A stretch of DNA of 63,057 nt, the filler included, from Octopus bimaculoides (lineage: Eukaryota): assembly GCF_001194135.2 (NCBI RefSeq). It is 5 parts of 5 records of this genome, joined end to end, with 100 filler letters (N's around TTAATTAATTAA, not from the genome) between each part and the next. Parts side by side here need not be neighbours in the genome. Positions count along the whole stretch, not along the records: positions 1 to 16,447 come from NC_068988.1; 4 more parts are not named here. One strand, written 5' to 3'. Shown in pieces: positions 1 to 14,375 of this stretch. The stretch's first letter is position 1. Each line of letters opens with the position of its first letter. The notes below the pieces were generated by a model, which did no database searches, was not told the origin of the DNA, and saw only the letters and a program-made list of their open reading frames with translations. Both the position numbers and the translations under genes were made by a program.

Positions 1-129
1 ATAAATATTCACGCACACACATACACACGTATATATATGTACACATACATGTATATATACCGATAGAGAGATAGACACACAGACAGATATGTAGAGAGAC
101 AGTGAGATAGATAGTAAACAACGAGCAAA

Positions 130-370
130 AAATAGAAAAGAAGGCAAGTAAACTCAGAGAATGGTTCCTTCATCAGTTGTCGGCTGTTTATCTACTCCTC
201 ATTTCGAGTATTCAACAACAATTTCAGTCTTCAAAGACAGTTGGTCCCATACATGCTAAAATAAAATTTAGGATTTATGGAGGGTCAAAGTTGGAAACAA
301 AAACATGACAGTGGAGACATACAAGGAATAAATACTTGGAAGTTCGTTAGAGCAGAACGAGAGGAAAATA
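130..370. mobile_element. Degraded repeat, possibly a PLE terminal-repeat fragment
   Basis: Minus strand has CTGATGA (176-170) and a short stem-like segment, but GAGT replaces GAAA. The PLE link is inference. Confidence 0.25.
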
Positions 371-463
371 GGGAACACTGAGAGAAACATTTTTTTAAAA
401 GAGAAATGATTGAAGAGAGAGAGAGAATTAAAAAAACGTCCGCTTTTTTTAATGTAGGTATAT

Positions 464-502
<39 letters not shown>

Positions 503-2791
503 CACACATATATATATATACATATATNNNNNNNNNNNNNNNNNNNNNNNNNNNNNNNNNNNNNNNNNNNNNNNNNNNNNNNNNNNNNNNNNNNNNNNNN
601 NNNNNNNNNNNNNNNNNNNNNNNNNNNNNNNNNNNNNNNNNNNNNNNNNNNNNNNNNNNNNNNNNNNNNNNNNNNNNNNNNNNNNNNNNNNNNNNNNNNN
701 NNNNNNNNNNNNNNNNNNNNNNNNNNNNNNNNNNNNNNNNNNNNNNNNNNNNNNNNNNNNNNNNNNNNNNNNNNNNNNNNNNNNNNNNNNNNNNNNNNNN
801 NNNNNNNNNNNNNNNNNNNNNNNNNNNNNNNNNNNNNNNNNNNNNNNNNNNNNNNNNNNNNNNNNNNNNNNNNNNNNNNNNNNNNNNNNNNNNNNNNNNN
901 NNNNNNNNNNNNNNNNNNNNNNNNNNNNNNNNNNNNNNNNNNNNNNNNNNNNNNNNNNNNNNNNNNNNNNNNNNNNNNNNNNNNNNNNNNNNNNNNNNNN
1001 NNNNNNNNNNNNNNNNNNNNNNNNNNNNNNNNNNNNNNNNNNNNNNNNNNNNNNNNNNNNNNNNNNNNNNNNNNNNNNNNNNNNNNNNNNNNNNNNNNNN
1101 NNNNNNNNNNNNNNNNNNNNNNNNNNNNNNNNNNNNNNNNNNNNNNNNNNNNNNNNNNNNNNNNNNNNNNNNNNNNNNNNNNNNNNNNNNNNNNNNNNNN
1201 NNNNNNNNNNNNNNNNNNNNNNNNNNNNNNNNNNNNNNNNNNNNNNNNNNNNNNNNNNNNNNNNNNNNNNNNNNNNNNNNNNNNNNNNNNNNNNNNNNNN
1301 NNNNNNNNNNNNNNNNNNNNNNNNNNNNNNNNNNNNNNNNNNNNNNNNNNNNNNNNNNNNNNNNNNNNNNNNNNNNNNNNNNNNNNNNNNNNNNNNNNNN
1401 NNNNNNNNNNNNTAATACGTAATTGATTAAAATTATTTGTACATTAAATTAATTAGCCTCATTTTTCATATCTTCTGTCATTAATCATAATAATACATTT
1501 ATCATATCTATAATAGTACTTGCATAGTAACTTTTAATTGTTTGATAAAAATAAATGAGCATTGTGTCTTTTCTTTCTTCATAACTGTTTCCCTACTTTT
1601 ATTTATTTTATTCCGCACGGGTAGAAATAAAGGTAAAATAGAAGTTGAAAATGCACTGGGAATAGTTACAATATGTTTTATTAATACATTTAACCGGTTT
1701 CACAGTTTTCTCTGATTTCCAAGAAACAGGTTCCCGAACGCATAAATCAAAACATTCAATCAAAATAGTTGAATCATATATGTTTATACAAATCAACATA
1801 AATTATGCATGTACAGGCGTGAAGATTCCTCCAAGGTATAAAGAATAAAACCAAACATACATAAAAATACAGAAGAAATATGAAAACATAAAAATACATA
1901 TGATATTGCATATAAATAAAATTTACATGTAAGGAGTTATAAGTGATAAAGATATGAGGTGTAAAACGAATGAGAGGTTGATAAAAATAGGAATAAAAGC
2001 GTGAACCTTTAAAATAGCAAACCATCTATATCGTCTAAAAATCACTTATACACATAGAATATAAGGTAGAAATAACGCTAGATATTAAGGTTGATATGTA
2101 TGTATGTATAAGTGTACATATATATGTAAATATGTAACAATGTATGTAAATACGTATGCTCACTCACTCAGAAAATGGCAACTCAGTTCGAATGACTAAT
2201 TTAGAATTGGACCTTTTGGATCATGAGCTAGAAGAAATAACAATCTCAGAAAAAAAGGAACGAAAGATATAACGATAAAATGACATATTCACACGTACTC
2301 ACCCATAAATTCACACGCATACACGCACACAGACTCACACACACACACAAACTGAAATAACAAAGACTCACGCGCATACACTCATACACACATATACTTT
2401 ATGATATATGTATATATTGCAAGGGATAATTATAAGAGAAAGGGGGAGAATAAGGAGTAGATAGAAAAGATGCTCATATGGTTAATGACATTTTATTTAC
2501 GCATCAGGACGTTCCAACGTTATTTGCATGAATTTCTATATGCGAATTGTATCGTTGAAGATAACAATTTCATATATCAAATATTTACTAAACAGAAGTA
2601 TACACTACTATAATGATACTGTCTCTACACACAGAGACGTGTGCTCGACCATAGGCATATATACCTGTATGTCTTTATATATTGCTACACAATCATAAGC
2701 TCACACACGCATGCGTATACACTTGCATATAATTTATAAAAACCTGTATATTTATGTGTAAAAGTATATGCTTATACATATATATGTATGT

Positions 2792-2825
<34 letters not shown>

Positions 2826-3334
2826 NNNNNNNNNNNNNNNNNNNNNNNNNNNNNNNNNNNNNNNNNNNNNNNNNNNNNNNNNNNNNNNNNNNNNNNNNNN
2901 NNNNNNNNNNNNNNNNNNNNNNNNNNNNNNNNNNNNNNNNNNNNNNNNNNNNNNNNNNNNNNNNNNNNNNNNNNNNNNNNNNNNNNNNNNNNNNNNNNNN
3001 NNNNNNNNNNNNNNNNNNNNNNNNNNNNNNNNNNNNNNNNNNNNNNNNNNNNNNNNNNNNNNNNNNNNNNNNNNNNNNNNNNNNNNNNNNNNNNNNNNNN
3101 NNNNNATATATATAACGAAGTAGGAGCGTAAAGCAATGATATGAATAAAGGCAGTGTTATTACCAGTCCAATTGTGCTTGGGTACATTTGAACAAATAAC
3201 CAAGCCATTCACTATGTTTTATCATGGAGAAACATTCTTGCTGTTGACAATGGTGTAAATACACCTTGCTTATTGGTCCAACTTGCTTAATTTGTCCAAA
3301 CGTGCGACAGTAATATCCGAATTGTTAATAACAT

Positions 3335-3383
<49 letters not shown>

Positions 3384-5328
3384 CATGTAAATGAACGAAT
3401 ACTGGGAATAGAAACAGGACCGAAATCCAGTTTCTTGTGAAATCTGTAGTGCAAGTTTAAAGGAAATATATATAATATACGAAACATAAATGCTACAAAT
3501 TTTGTAATGGTTTGGACTAAATTATTGAAACATGGTGTTCTGTATGAATTCCTCAACATGAAATATAGAATATTTGTAAAATGTCCGAAGAAATTACGGC
3601 TTGCGTACATCTTTAGATAAGGATCTAAAAGCTGGAGAGTTGATTTATTATGCGCATGTTCAGGCTGAAGTCTTCGTTAAAATCAAGTTAGTTACGAGAT
3701 CTATTTATTTTTTCTGCTTTTCTCGAAGTTAACAGAGATAACCTCCATAAACATATTTTCGAGAATCATATACCGGATATGGATTTATAAACACAGATAA
3801 TAGAAACCATCTGCTCAATATGCGCAGTTTATATCTCCATCAAAATATTCAAGTAACTGTCACGAAATTTGGTGCAGATATACGAAAATTAAATCATAAA
3901 TAAAACAAATCATTGCAATGTTTACGTTCTTAACAATAATTAAAAGAGAGGATGTAAACGTACATGATATTACATATATATTTTCGAATAGGGGCAAACA
4001 TATCCTATATTTTCAGAAAAGAGATTTGATATGCTGTAATGAAGAATATTGATGACGGAAATGAAATGAACTGACGTCATGTGAAGCTCGATAGAGAACC
4101 GAAACAGGTTTTGCTTTTGCCACAATTGTGCAATTTTATAGATAAACAAACGTCTCAGTCTATTTCTTTGGGTCTAACGCAGGCTTGTGAGGGAAATATA
4201 GGTGGTAGAATCTGCGTGAACGCCAACCAAATGTTCTTTCCTGTTTTGAAGTAGTTGATGTTAGTTCGTCACTCAATTTATTTCCACCACATGGATTCTG
4301 AGTGCCTTTAGCAATTTTCCTTCCTTAGCAAACATTTAGGTGATGTATCTTGAATGAAAATAATTCGAACCTTCATTCAACTGGTCTTGGCCATACTCAA
4401 AACCGATCATCTGTTCTCCCTTTCTCGTCACTCCGAGCTATTTCAAAATACTAATTATAATTCAGAAAAATTATAAAATGCAATACGTAAGGTAGCGATA
4501 TCCTATTCAATGTGTAAGCGTCTTTGAGAAAACTAGTAGAAGAAAACTACCTCCTGTTTTTTGCTAATGTAGTGGTGAGGTTTGTAGGTCGGTGAAAAGT
4601 AAAATGAGCGAGTGTGTACAGAACGTTCTCGTCCTTAACACTACATGTTCATTACTTCATATCTACTACACCTTTGTGTCTCTAAATTTCCTTTCTGACA
4701 CACAATACCACTTGCTAGCAGAGTATTTATAGGAATCTTATGAGAGACTTAGAAAATGAAAATGGAATACTCTGCAGTGAATGCAATGAATATTTAAATT
4801 TGTGATGAATTGGACGCAGTGAATACTTAAATTTCAGAGAAATTGGGGTTTAAAAAACTTTAAAATCTTGAGAAATCGAAATTATAGAAAATTTCTTAGC
4901 ACATGAATTTATAAAAGTCTTTCTAGACGGTCAACCCTTTAATAATCGCTTTCTTTTAGTACTTTTAGTAATTGTTACATACCTAATTAATAAGAAGCTT
5001 TCTCCATTATAGTCTAGAAAAATGTGTATATATAAAGTGCATTAAGTAATCATCGTATTCCAATTTCTTTTACTCTTCAATGATTAGCAGATGAGTGACT
5101 TCTTTTGATAGACACAACACTGGCTACGCTTTCAGGTTTTTTGGGCTAAAGTTTTCAGAAATAAGCCAATAGGTTCACCATTATTTCCGTGAAATATCCA
5201 TGGGTTCAACTAGTTATTAATAATTCCCTCACTTGAAATGACTTTCCAAAACTTTGTTCAAAGCATCTACATTAGTGACAATTTAATCCTCAATATATTT
5301 CTTATCCTCAATATTATTCTTTCAACGT

Positions 5329-5531
5329 TTGGCACAATGCTAGCAATTTGAAGGAGAACTGGCTTTCGATCAAGTTTGCCACAGTGCTCAAATGAGACTT
5401 ATTCTATCAACTCCGCAAGTATAAAGGCAAAGCTGACCCGGCGGGAACTGAACTCAGGAAGTAAAGAGCTGGAAAAAATGTCACCAAGTATTTTTCCCGA
5501 CCGCTAGCGATTCTGCTAGCTCGTCACCATT
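5329..5531 (-). mobile_element. SINE family C, old copy
   Basis: Reverse complement aligns by eye with 46603-46816 and 59645-59865 (GAGCT.GCAGAATCG head, GAGTTCA B-box-like motif). Confidence 0.65.
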
Positions 5532-5685
5532 GATCATAAATGAAATAGAAGTGCTGAATTTACATTGAATTCATTGAACTAGCAATCTCTTCTATTATAG
5601 ACACAAGACTGGAGGTGAGGGCTTACTGAAGAAACCACGTGTGCCATACGCCCATCCTGTTTAATGCAAGAGTGCACTTCTGTAG

Positions 5686-5847
5686 GCGAGACGAACTGTT
5701 GAAAATCACCTTTGTGAAAGGGTGAACTCAACGGTCGTTGACTCAGGGTATTTTTCAACCTCCGTACAAGTTTGTGAATCATCGTTGACAATCTTGATGA
5801 GTGATGTTAATGATGTTAATAAGAGAATTGATGTTACCAAGCCCCAG
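5686..5847 (+). CDS. Weak candidate exon (ARRTVENHLCERVNSTVVDSGYFSTSVQVCESSLTILMSDVNDVNKRIDVTKPQ)
   Basis: cttctgtAG acceptor, 162 nt open in phase 0-0, CAG|GTCAGA donor. No homology recognised. Confidence 0.2.
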
Positions 5848-6138
5848 GTCAGAATTTTATACAAAAATTATGATAAAATGTCATTTCCTTCAGATTTGAT
5901 GTATTCTAGATTATATTATAGAATGATTCTGTCAGATTTATGATAATAAGTGTATTTTCAGATGATTGACCTATACATGACTCCTAGTAGGTACAACAAT
6001 TAAGAACACTTTTCTTTTTCGGGACTCTTTTTCTCATTGATCTTGCTAGTGCTGAAGCAAGCACTATGTTAAAGATAGCGTGTTGGCACTGGTACTTACA
6101 TACATGCATAATTGCATGCGCGCACACACGCACACACA

Positions 6139-6222
<84 letters not shown>

Positions 6223-7052
6223 NNNNNNNNNNNNNNNNNNNNNNNNNNNNNNNNNNNNNNNNNNNNNNNNNNNNNNNNNNNNNNNNNNNNNNNNNNNNNN
6301 NNNNNNNNNNNNNNNNNNNNNNNNNNNNNNNNNNNNNNNNNNNNNNNNNNNNNNNNNNNNNNNNNNNNNNNNNNNNNNNNNNNNNNNNNNNNNNNNNNNN
6401 NNNNNNNNNNNNNNNNNNNNNNNNNNNNNNNNNNNNNNNNNNNNNNNNNNNNNNNNNNNNNNNNNNNNNNNNNNNNNNNNNNNNNNNNNNNNNNNNNNNN
6501 NNNNNNNNNNNNNNNNNNNNNNNNNNNNNNNNNNNNNNNNNNNNNNNNNNNNNNNNNNNNNNNNNNNNNNNNNNNNNNNATATATATATATATGTATATA
6601 TATGTGTGTGCATGTGTGTGTGCGTGTGTAGAAAGAGAGAGAGCGAGAGAGAGAGAGAGACGAAGTAGAGTATGAAAACGGATGAGAAAAGATATTCATG
6701 CATTTATCTACCATCGATGTAAAAAGCTAAATAGCAGCACATGATGGCATTTAATAATCCCTAGAGTATTCCATGAGATATATGTTGCATAACTGGTGGC
6801 GGCGTGTGAGACGCCTACTTGAAGAATTTCCTTAATTACAAGTATTTGTCAGCGGGGCTGGCGATTCAACTTGAAGTAGAAACATGTATCACTTGCAGAT
6901 CTTAATCAGTTGACGGGAAAATGTGCAAGAGATATTCTATTTTTGAAATCTGTAGTGTAATATTCGTGTTTTGACAGCTTATTATGTAACATACTGAGAA
7001 GAGTGTTAAAGAATATACCTTTACACAATGGGAGAGGGGAGAGGGTCAAATG

Positions 7053-7300
7053 AGGGAAGCGTGCGGTGTAGTGGTTAGGGTGTTGGTCTTGTGATTGTAA
7101 GATTGTGGTTTCGATACATGGACATGTTGATGCATTGAGTTTTTAAGCAAAACACTTTATTTCTCGTTTATCTAGTCTACTCAGCTATCAGAAATGTGTA
7201 GCCCTGCTTCGCACCAGCGTTTCGTACACTGTGATGGGGGAGTATATATGCCAGAGAAAACGAGAAGCGATACTCTGACTCTATATGGCTCGAGGAGGAA
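7053..7300 (+). mobile_element. tRNA-derived SINE family F
   Basis: A-box-like GGTGTAGTGGTTAGG, B-box-like GGTTTCGATAC, then GAGCAAAACACTT-type core shared with 10960-11138 and 29505-29730. Confidence 0.7.
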
Positions 7301-7414
7301 TTTTTTTCATTTATCCTTAATATAAGGCCTCATTTTGTATGTTGAAACTTTCGTACATTCTTAGATTACCTGTAGAAATGGCTTTTTGATTTTTCTAATT
7401 CAACATTGGTGCCA

Positions 7415-7515
7415 TTGCTGAGTTCAAATTCCTCCTAGGTTTACGCTGCCTTTCACCCTTTCTGGGTTGATCAATTAAGTACCAGTCATATACTGGGGTC
7501 AATGTAAACGACTTA
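7415..7515 (+). mobile_element. SINE family C fragment
   Basis: CTGAGTTCAAATTCC...GCCTTTCACCC...AAGTACCAGT...CTGGGGTCAATG matches the family C core. Confidence 0.55.
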
Positions 7516-7548
7516 ACAACATTTTCGAAATTAGTGGTCTTGTGACAG

Positions 7549-7669
7549 AATTTGAAACCGTAACGACACTGTACAACGGAAACGACAGCGAAAACGACGG
7601 AAACCGTTCAGGTGAACAAGTAAACACGCAAGTGGATAACATAATAAAGCGTGTGCTTGTAAAAGGCAG
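7549..7669 (+). CDS. Weak candidate exon (EFETVTTLYNGNDSENDGNRSGEQVNTQVDNIIKRVLVKG)
   Basis: Open frame between gacAG and CAG|GTTACA. Splice signals are weak and no homology is recognised. Confidence 0.18.
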
Positions 7670-7724
7670 GTTACATATCAAAGACCAGCTTTATCGGTTT
7701 AGTCATCTGAAATTTCCTCTAGAT

Positions 7725-7802
7725 CAGTGGTTCCTAAATCGGGGTCTGCGACACCTGGTGGTCCGCAAAGTTAGTTTTAGTGGTCCGTGAACTAAATTCA
7801 AA

Positions 7803-7842
<40 letters not shown>

Positions 7843-8362
7843 NNNNNNNNNNNNNNNNNNNNNNNNNNNNNNNNNNNNNNNNNNNNNNNNNNNNNNNNNN
7901 NNNNNNNNNNNNNNNNNNNNNNNNNNNNNNNNNNNNNNNNNNNNNNNNNNNNNNNNNNNNNNNNNNNNNNNNNNNNNNNNNNNNNNNNNNNNNNNNNNNN
8001 NNNNNNNNNNNNNNNNNNNNNNNNNNNNNNNNNNNNNNNNNNNNNNNNNNNNNNNNNNNNNNNNNNNNNNNNNNNNNNNNNNNNNNNNNNNNNNNNNNNN
8101 NNNNNNNNNNNNNNNNNNNNNNNNNNNNNNNNNNNNNNNNNNNNNNNNNNNNNNNNNNNNNNNNNNNNNNNNNNNNNNNNNNNNNNNNNNNNNNNNNNNN
8201 NNNNNNNNNNNNNNNNNNNNNNNNNNNNNNNNNNNNNNNNNNNNNNNTATATATATATACATACATGCATACATACGTACATACATACATACATACATAA
8301 AGATAAGCATATTAAAACGTTCTCGTGGAAAAACTCATTTAAATAAAATGATTGGGATCCAC
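7725..8362. mobile_element. Non-autonomous hAT (Charlie-like) element spanning a gap
   Basis: Starts CAGTGGTTCCTAAA directly after CTCTAGAT (7717-7724), which fits the NTCTAGAN Charlie target consensus. Degenerate opposite end GATTGGGATCCAC near 8350-8362. Confidence 0.6.
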
Positions 8363-8462
8363 ACTTACTCTTTCACTTGTTTCAGTCATTTTGATTGCGG
8401 CTATGCTGGAGCACCGCCTTTATTCTAGCAAATCGACCCCAGGTCTTATTTTAAGTCTAGTT
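8363..8462 (-). mobile_element. SINE family A, 3' end
   Basis: Reverse complement of the GGCGGTGCTCCAGCAT...TGACTGAAACAAG tail. Confidence 0.75.
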
Positions 8463-8619
8463 TCACCATGAACTATACAATCCAGGAATTGGACAGTCAT
8501 CATCAAATAGACGCCGATATGACATTTGACTCGAGTAATCATGTTAACCATTTTATAGCGGAACTGAAACACCGAGGGGTCAGCGTTACCGCCTGTGATG
8601 GCATTCCTAGGCGGAACGC

Positions 8620-8797
8620 TACTCCGTCGCATGATTAACCCCAACCACTACCCGTAATCGTTATTATCTGAGTTGATGGAAACAATTATGAAATGAAATG
8701 CCTCTCTTAAAGCCACAACTCGCCAATCGGGACGGAAACCTGACCCAAACCTTACAACCTCGAGCACAGCGTTTTAACCACTAGGCCATTCGCTTTC
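8620..8797 (-). mobile_element. tRNA-derived SINE head, old copy
   Basis: Minus strand GCGAATGGCCTAGTGGTTAAAACGCTG... is a tRNA-like 5' end. Confidence 0.55.
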
Positions 8798-9884
8798 ACT
8801 TATACAATAAATAGCATAATAACTGTTGATTGACTCGAAGGAAGGAAATAAAATTGTATTCCCATAACTCAAAATCTACTTGTATTCTTCCTTCAGTCGA
8901 TAACAACTATTAGTTCAGCACATCTATTTCATTTTCAAAATGCTGATCACATAACTAATGATTCTGTGGCACACGACGTATGTTAACTAACAAGCGTAAT
9001 TGTTTCTACAATTTTCAAAGTTGGCTTTCATGCCGTAAATTGGAGAATTTGTGTCACTAACCATGCGTATGCTGTCTGCGTATCGGACTCTCGAACTCCA
9101 GAGAAATCAAGTGTTAGCTTCAATAGACAGTGATGATAGCCAAGAGAAGAGAACAATGTTTGATTGTTGATTTCTTTCTTTTCTTCCTTCTCCCTTTCTT
9201 CCTTTCTTTAGCTCTTTTTCCCTGTTCTCTCTTTCTTAATAATTCTTTAAATTTATGCTTAAAGTTACACAAGGTTATCATATTAATTATTTTTTCTTCT
9301 GTTGTTTAAATATTTTTATAAAGATTGATTTGTTACAAACAGAGTCTATCTCTCCCATTCTCTCCCTCTCTCCCACCCACTTTCTTTGACCCTTTCTTTC
9401 TCTCTCACTCTCTCTGTGACCCCTCTCTCTTTCTTTCTTCTTTCTCTCTCTCTCTCACCCACACACATATACACAGAAAACAAACACAAATCATGTCCAT
9501 ATCTTTCCTTGAAACCAATTTAATTGACGATGAACAAAATAAAATAAAATTAAAATAACGACAACAACTAAAACAAAAATAAACGCAAAGAAAGAAGAGT
9601 TTAAAGTTTGGAATTTCGGTAGTTTGAAATGGTGAGTTTATCTCTGGAGATCAGGGATAGTCGCTCAATTGTTGTTATGCCAAATAAATTAAAGAGAGCA
9701 CTACACCAGTAAAACTTTTTCCTTAAAATGAAATGTTGATGTATAAAATCGATTATTTCAGAAAATGTTACTTTAAGTAAATATAGTCGTAAATCAGACA
9801 GATAAAAGAGATAATATTTTTTGAATATCAATAAAGAGAGCGAGTGAGAGTGGAAAGAGAAAGAGAGAAAGATATATATATATA

Positions 9885-9921
<37 letters not shown>

Positions 9922-10306
9922 GTATAGAATGAAGACAAGAGAGTGGGGAAAAAATGTTTAAATGCATGCCAGATAAATGTTGGTAATTTTTAGTAGAATT
10001 AAATCCATTTAAAGTGCCAAATTACGAAAATGTGGCGAATAATTTATACATTTCACAAGTTTTTATGTCAATTTCGATGAAATCAAGAGAAAATAAACAA
10101 AAGACATTACAATTTCAGAATGATTCAGACTAAAATAACCAACAAAATATTCGCACATCTATATTTTTCACATTTCCTTTATATTTTTGTTATTTGTATA
10201 AATCTTTATTTTCTGTTATATATAATATTTTTTCCATTTTTTTCTTATCACTTTTCTCTTACCACAAACTCACGATTTATGCCATCTTTATTTTCGTTCT
10301 GTCTCC

Positions 10307-10307
<1 letters not shown>

Positions 10308-10380
<73 letters not shown>

Positions 10381-10410
10381 TCTATCTATCGATCTATCGA
10401 TCTCTCTATC
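10308..10410. repeat. (CTAT)n microsatellite
   Basis: Direct tandem repeat. Confidence 0.95.
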
Positions 10411-10959
10411 TGTTATTCTGCTTCTGTTCTTTCACTGTTCTCTTTCGCTCCAATACTTCTTTTTCTACGTGTCTCATTCTCTCTCTTAAAACTCTGTCAC
10501 GTTCAGCAAGCATTGGAGCGGTTTTGTTTTCCTAATAAAAGTTATTTCTCTCTATTATTTACCTGTCCGAACATCTGCCTATCTGTCTGTCAGCTACTCT
10601 GTCTGTCAGTACTATCCCCCCCCCCACTTCTCCTCCAGACGCGCTTCTCGTTTATCCTTTATCTTATCACAATTTCTGTCTCCTAGTTCACATGACTGTT
10701 AACCACCCAACCAACATACATTCTCCCCATCATTTCAATTTCTCTTTCACATTTAAATATTTGCATATTTACATTTAATGCCCGCGCTTCTATTTCTGTT
10801 ATTGTTTTTCCAATTGCTAAAAACATCATCTCGACACATCAGGCGGTGCTTCTATAGGGTCAGTCAAACAGCTTCAAATAGGAACCAACTCTCCCTCAAA
10901 TCTAAATAGAGGCTGATAAAGGAGATAATAGTACGGTCATGTACGAATCTACTATAATT

Positions 10960-11138
10960 CTATGAATATGGCCAACGGACGTTGACCAGGAGTCTAATGG
11001 CAACAGCATGATTGAACTGGAACAACGTGAAATAAAGTGTCTTGCTCAAGATCACAACACACATCTCGGTCCGGGATTCGAACTAACAACCTCATGGTCG
11101 TAAGTTCGGCGCTCTAACCACTGAGCCATGCGCCTTCA
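10960..11138 (-). mobile_element. tRNA-derived SINE family F with a well-preserved head
   Basis: Minus strand GGCGCATGGCTCAGTGGTTAGAGCG...GTTCGAATCCCGG (A and B boxes) continues into the SINE core. Confidence 0.8.
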
Positions 11139-11297
11139 CTAATGCCTGCATACATACATACATACATACATACATACATACAGATATACATACATACAGA
11201 TATACATACATATATGTCTGCGCGCTCGACTCTGTGTGTGTACTACTGATGTGTTATTGTGCGCCCCTTTGCGTGTGTGTGTGCATGTGTGTGTGTG

Positions 11298-11354
<57 letters not shown>

Positions 11355-12329
11355 ATGTGCAATACGTTGCTGGATATTCATGAAATATCCAGCAAACAAC
11401 GTGGAGAATCGGAGGAAGCTGATTTCGCGGGAAGGTGAATCTATATTTTCAAACTTTCAATTCTGTCTTGGCAAAAGCTTTATCGAACATAAAATTATTC
11501 CTCGTTTTCTGTCGAAACGACTTCCCAGTTTTCTTTTCTTTTTTTCTTTTTATTTTTACTCTTTATGTTGTCCTTTTTATTCTATGCATTTTACTGTGTT
11601 GGTCATAACATCATTTTTCTTAAAATTTCCTTTAACTCTAATACTACTAGCAGTTCGCTGAAATCGCCTTTAAGCGTTCATCCTCTTGTCTATAAATAGC
11701 AACCAACTTATCGGAATTAATAATTTTACGTTTTCTTACGTCATAACTCACACCTTTGAAGTTTCGAACTTCTTTGAAAAATCTATACATATTTGGCGGC
11801 ATATTTAAAAAATGCATTTGTTTTCCTAGCTTCCGACTTTAAAACCTTTAAACGGTGTTTTTCTGGAGCAGTCTTTTCTTTTCCGTACAAATATTCAAAT
11901 TGCACACCCCGCTGTCGTTTTCATAAATAGCCTAATTTATGGTTCGAGATAACACCATGTCTGAGGAGATAACGAATCGGGTATATTCATGACGATAGTC
12001 ATAGCTTTGATGATGTCTTGTTAGTAGGGGCCAACTTATATCTAAGTAGCAAAGCAGCGTAATAGCAATGAGACAATAAAGGCGCCTCTTCTTTGATGAC
12101 TTGACCTCGAAGAAATAGCAACAAAGAATTCCTCATATAAACCTAAACTCATAAACAATGCAATGAGAAAAGGCTTTCGATGGATGTTTTTGAGTCCGAG
12201 TAAAGCAAATTTTGATTATCATTTCATAGTGAGTGATAGGAATACAGATACAGTGGAAAATATGATATATGAATTGCCATGACCATAGTTATTGATCTCG
12301 ATGAAGGCGACGAATTATGACAAATTGTT

Positions 12330-12460
12330 GGGGCAGCGTGCAAAGTGCCTTGAGGTAGTTCTTGCGGGTCTCTGATTTCTTGAGTTCAAATATCAGCGAC
12401 GACAACTTTGTATTTCATGGTTTCTGGATCGATAAATGCAATGTCAGGTCATGTGATAGA
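12330..12460 (+). mobile_element. SINE family C, old copy
   Basis: TTGAGTTCAAAT...CAACTTTG.ATTTCAT...GATCGATAAA resembles family C. Confidence 0.4.
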
Positions 12461-14375
12461 TTGTCGATATTGTTAGAACTTTCGGCGAGTTCCTTTGCAT
12501 TGAATTTCAGCGGTTTTACGGTCTGACTCCAAACTCCACTCCTAATCACCGGCCTTATTTTGATTGAGAAACATACCTTTGAAGCCTTGCTAATAGCAAC
12601 AGGATTCCAAACTCAGAGATAGGTAGGATTTCGGGTGCAACAATTTGTTGAATGAACATTAGAATGCAGTGGGAGGATCAATATTGCAGAAAATAGAAAC
12701 GCGAAGAAAGAATCGAAATCCAAAGATAAGGAGAAAACATACATTCTTGTAAAATATGTAATCAAACCTGTATAGATCCCTCTGCAAAGGTCGAAACTTC
12801 ATAAAGCTTATGATTTATGACGTAAGAAAGCGGAAGATTTGTATCACGAAAAAGTCAGCTTTGATATTTGCTTCTCGCTTATGAGAAAAAATTCTTATAT
12901 GAGTAAAGAAATATGACATTATTTGAGTTAAAACGTATGGCATTATAACCACATTTTTTGAACTTCTGCATCACGATACGCTTCAAATAGAGTGGGTTGT
13001 TGTTTAGTCTCTGGGGAACCAACATATCTTTGATCAAATGTGTTCTAGCCATGATATTATCATCTTATTCTTGTATATAAATCTACGCCGTACAATTGCT
13101 CCTTTATTTTCAAAATAGTAGAGTATGATATTAGAGAGAATGTGGTTGCTATTTTATCATATCGTGTGTTGAAATACAGATTCGTTATGATTTTACTATG
13201 GAACTATTAACAGTTTTACAAAACGGTTTGCTAGAACAAGCAGCTATAACTTCCATTCTATTGTCACACTTAACATCTTACCAAAAATATCCACTTATCT
13301 AACTAAAAGACAATAGATTGTAATGATAAATCTGTATTTCTCGCATACTACACCGTCTTTGTATTAAAATTTCTTTGATTGACTTTTTATTGAAATGTAA
13401 ATATCAATGCATAGAAATTTCGTTTCGCATCACTCTGTTTTTCAAAGACTTAAAATTTTTAATGTAAATTTAATTAATTATTTTTCATGAACTTAAGCGT
13501 TAAAAATATTTTTCTTATTTATGTATATATATAAAAAAGTCTATATTTATATTTTCACATAGAATTTTATCCTCAATTATATTTGATGCATTGAAGAAAC
13601 AGAGACTGAACAGGAAATATTTCAATTTATATAATAAATACAAAATGAATAACTATGTTTTGGCACTAAGGTTTTCAGGTATAGATTTTGATAACAAAAT
13701 CCTAGATGCATTATGCTTGACACGAAGATGAAAAGACATCCCTGAAACTACTTTGATGAATGATATGCCATTAAGGCCACGCGGGGGATGGATGTCATCA
13801 AAATAAAGAAGACATTGATTTCATGGTACCGTTCCCTTAAATAAAAACGGATATGTAATTTGGGACATTTTGATCATAATTACTTGATCGATAGATAGCA
13901 AATGACTATGCTATCTGCTTGGCTGAAGGTCTGCACACGTTACTTATAAAATGTTTTGTCGAGTAATAACTATTTCATTATTGTGAAATTTGTTTATAAT
14001 GTTTATGAACAAAATACATTTAGTAGAAAACCACAATGGTGAAAAAACATGCAGACAGACAAGAAGATTAAATGTACGTAAAAAAAAAAGAAAATTTAAA
14101 AACACTACTAATAAATATATAGATAAATGTACACTTACTTATAAAAGTAGTTGTCTGTGAAAAAATGGATAAAGATTATAACATAAATACAAGAAGGAAA
14201 AAACGCCACTAAAAAATTATGGAGAGAAATAAAAGAAAGAAACCTTGAATATAAATGAATAGGAAGATGACAGAAGATAAATACACATACACACGCTAAT
14301 ACTTACAAACACACACACACACACACACTCACACAACACACGCATGCACACACACATATATAGAGATATACATGT

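Noticed and set aside
1690-1740. Hammerhead 3' half GAAACCGGTT on the minus strand
   Set aside because: There is no CUGANGA upstream.
5579-5791. Minus-strand ORF as a terminal exon
   Set aside because: There is an in-frame stop just upstream, no convincing acceptor and no recognisable homology.
11066-11138. tRNA gene
   Set aside because: It has A and B boxes but no proper acceptor stem, and it runs into a SINE body seen elsewhere in the window.
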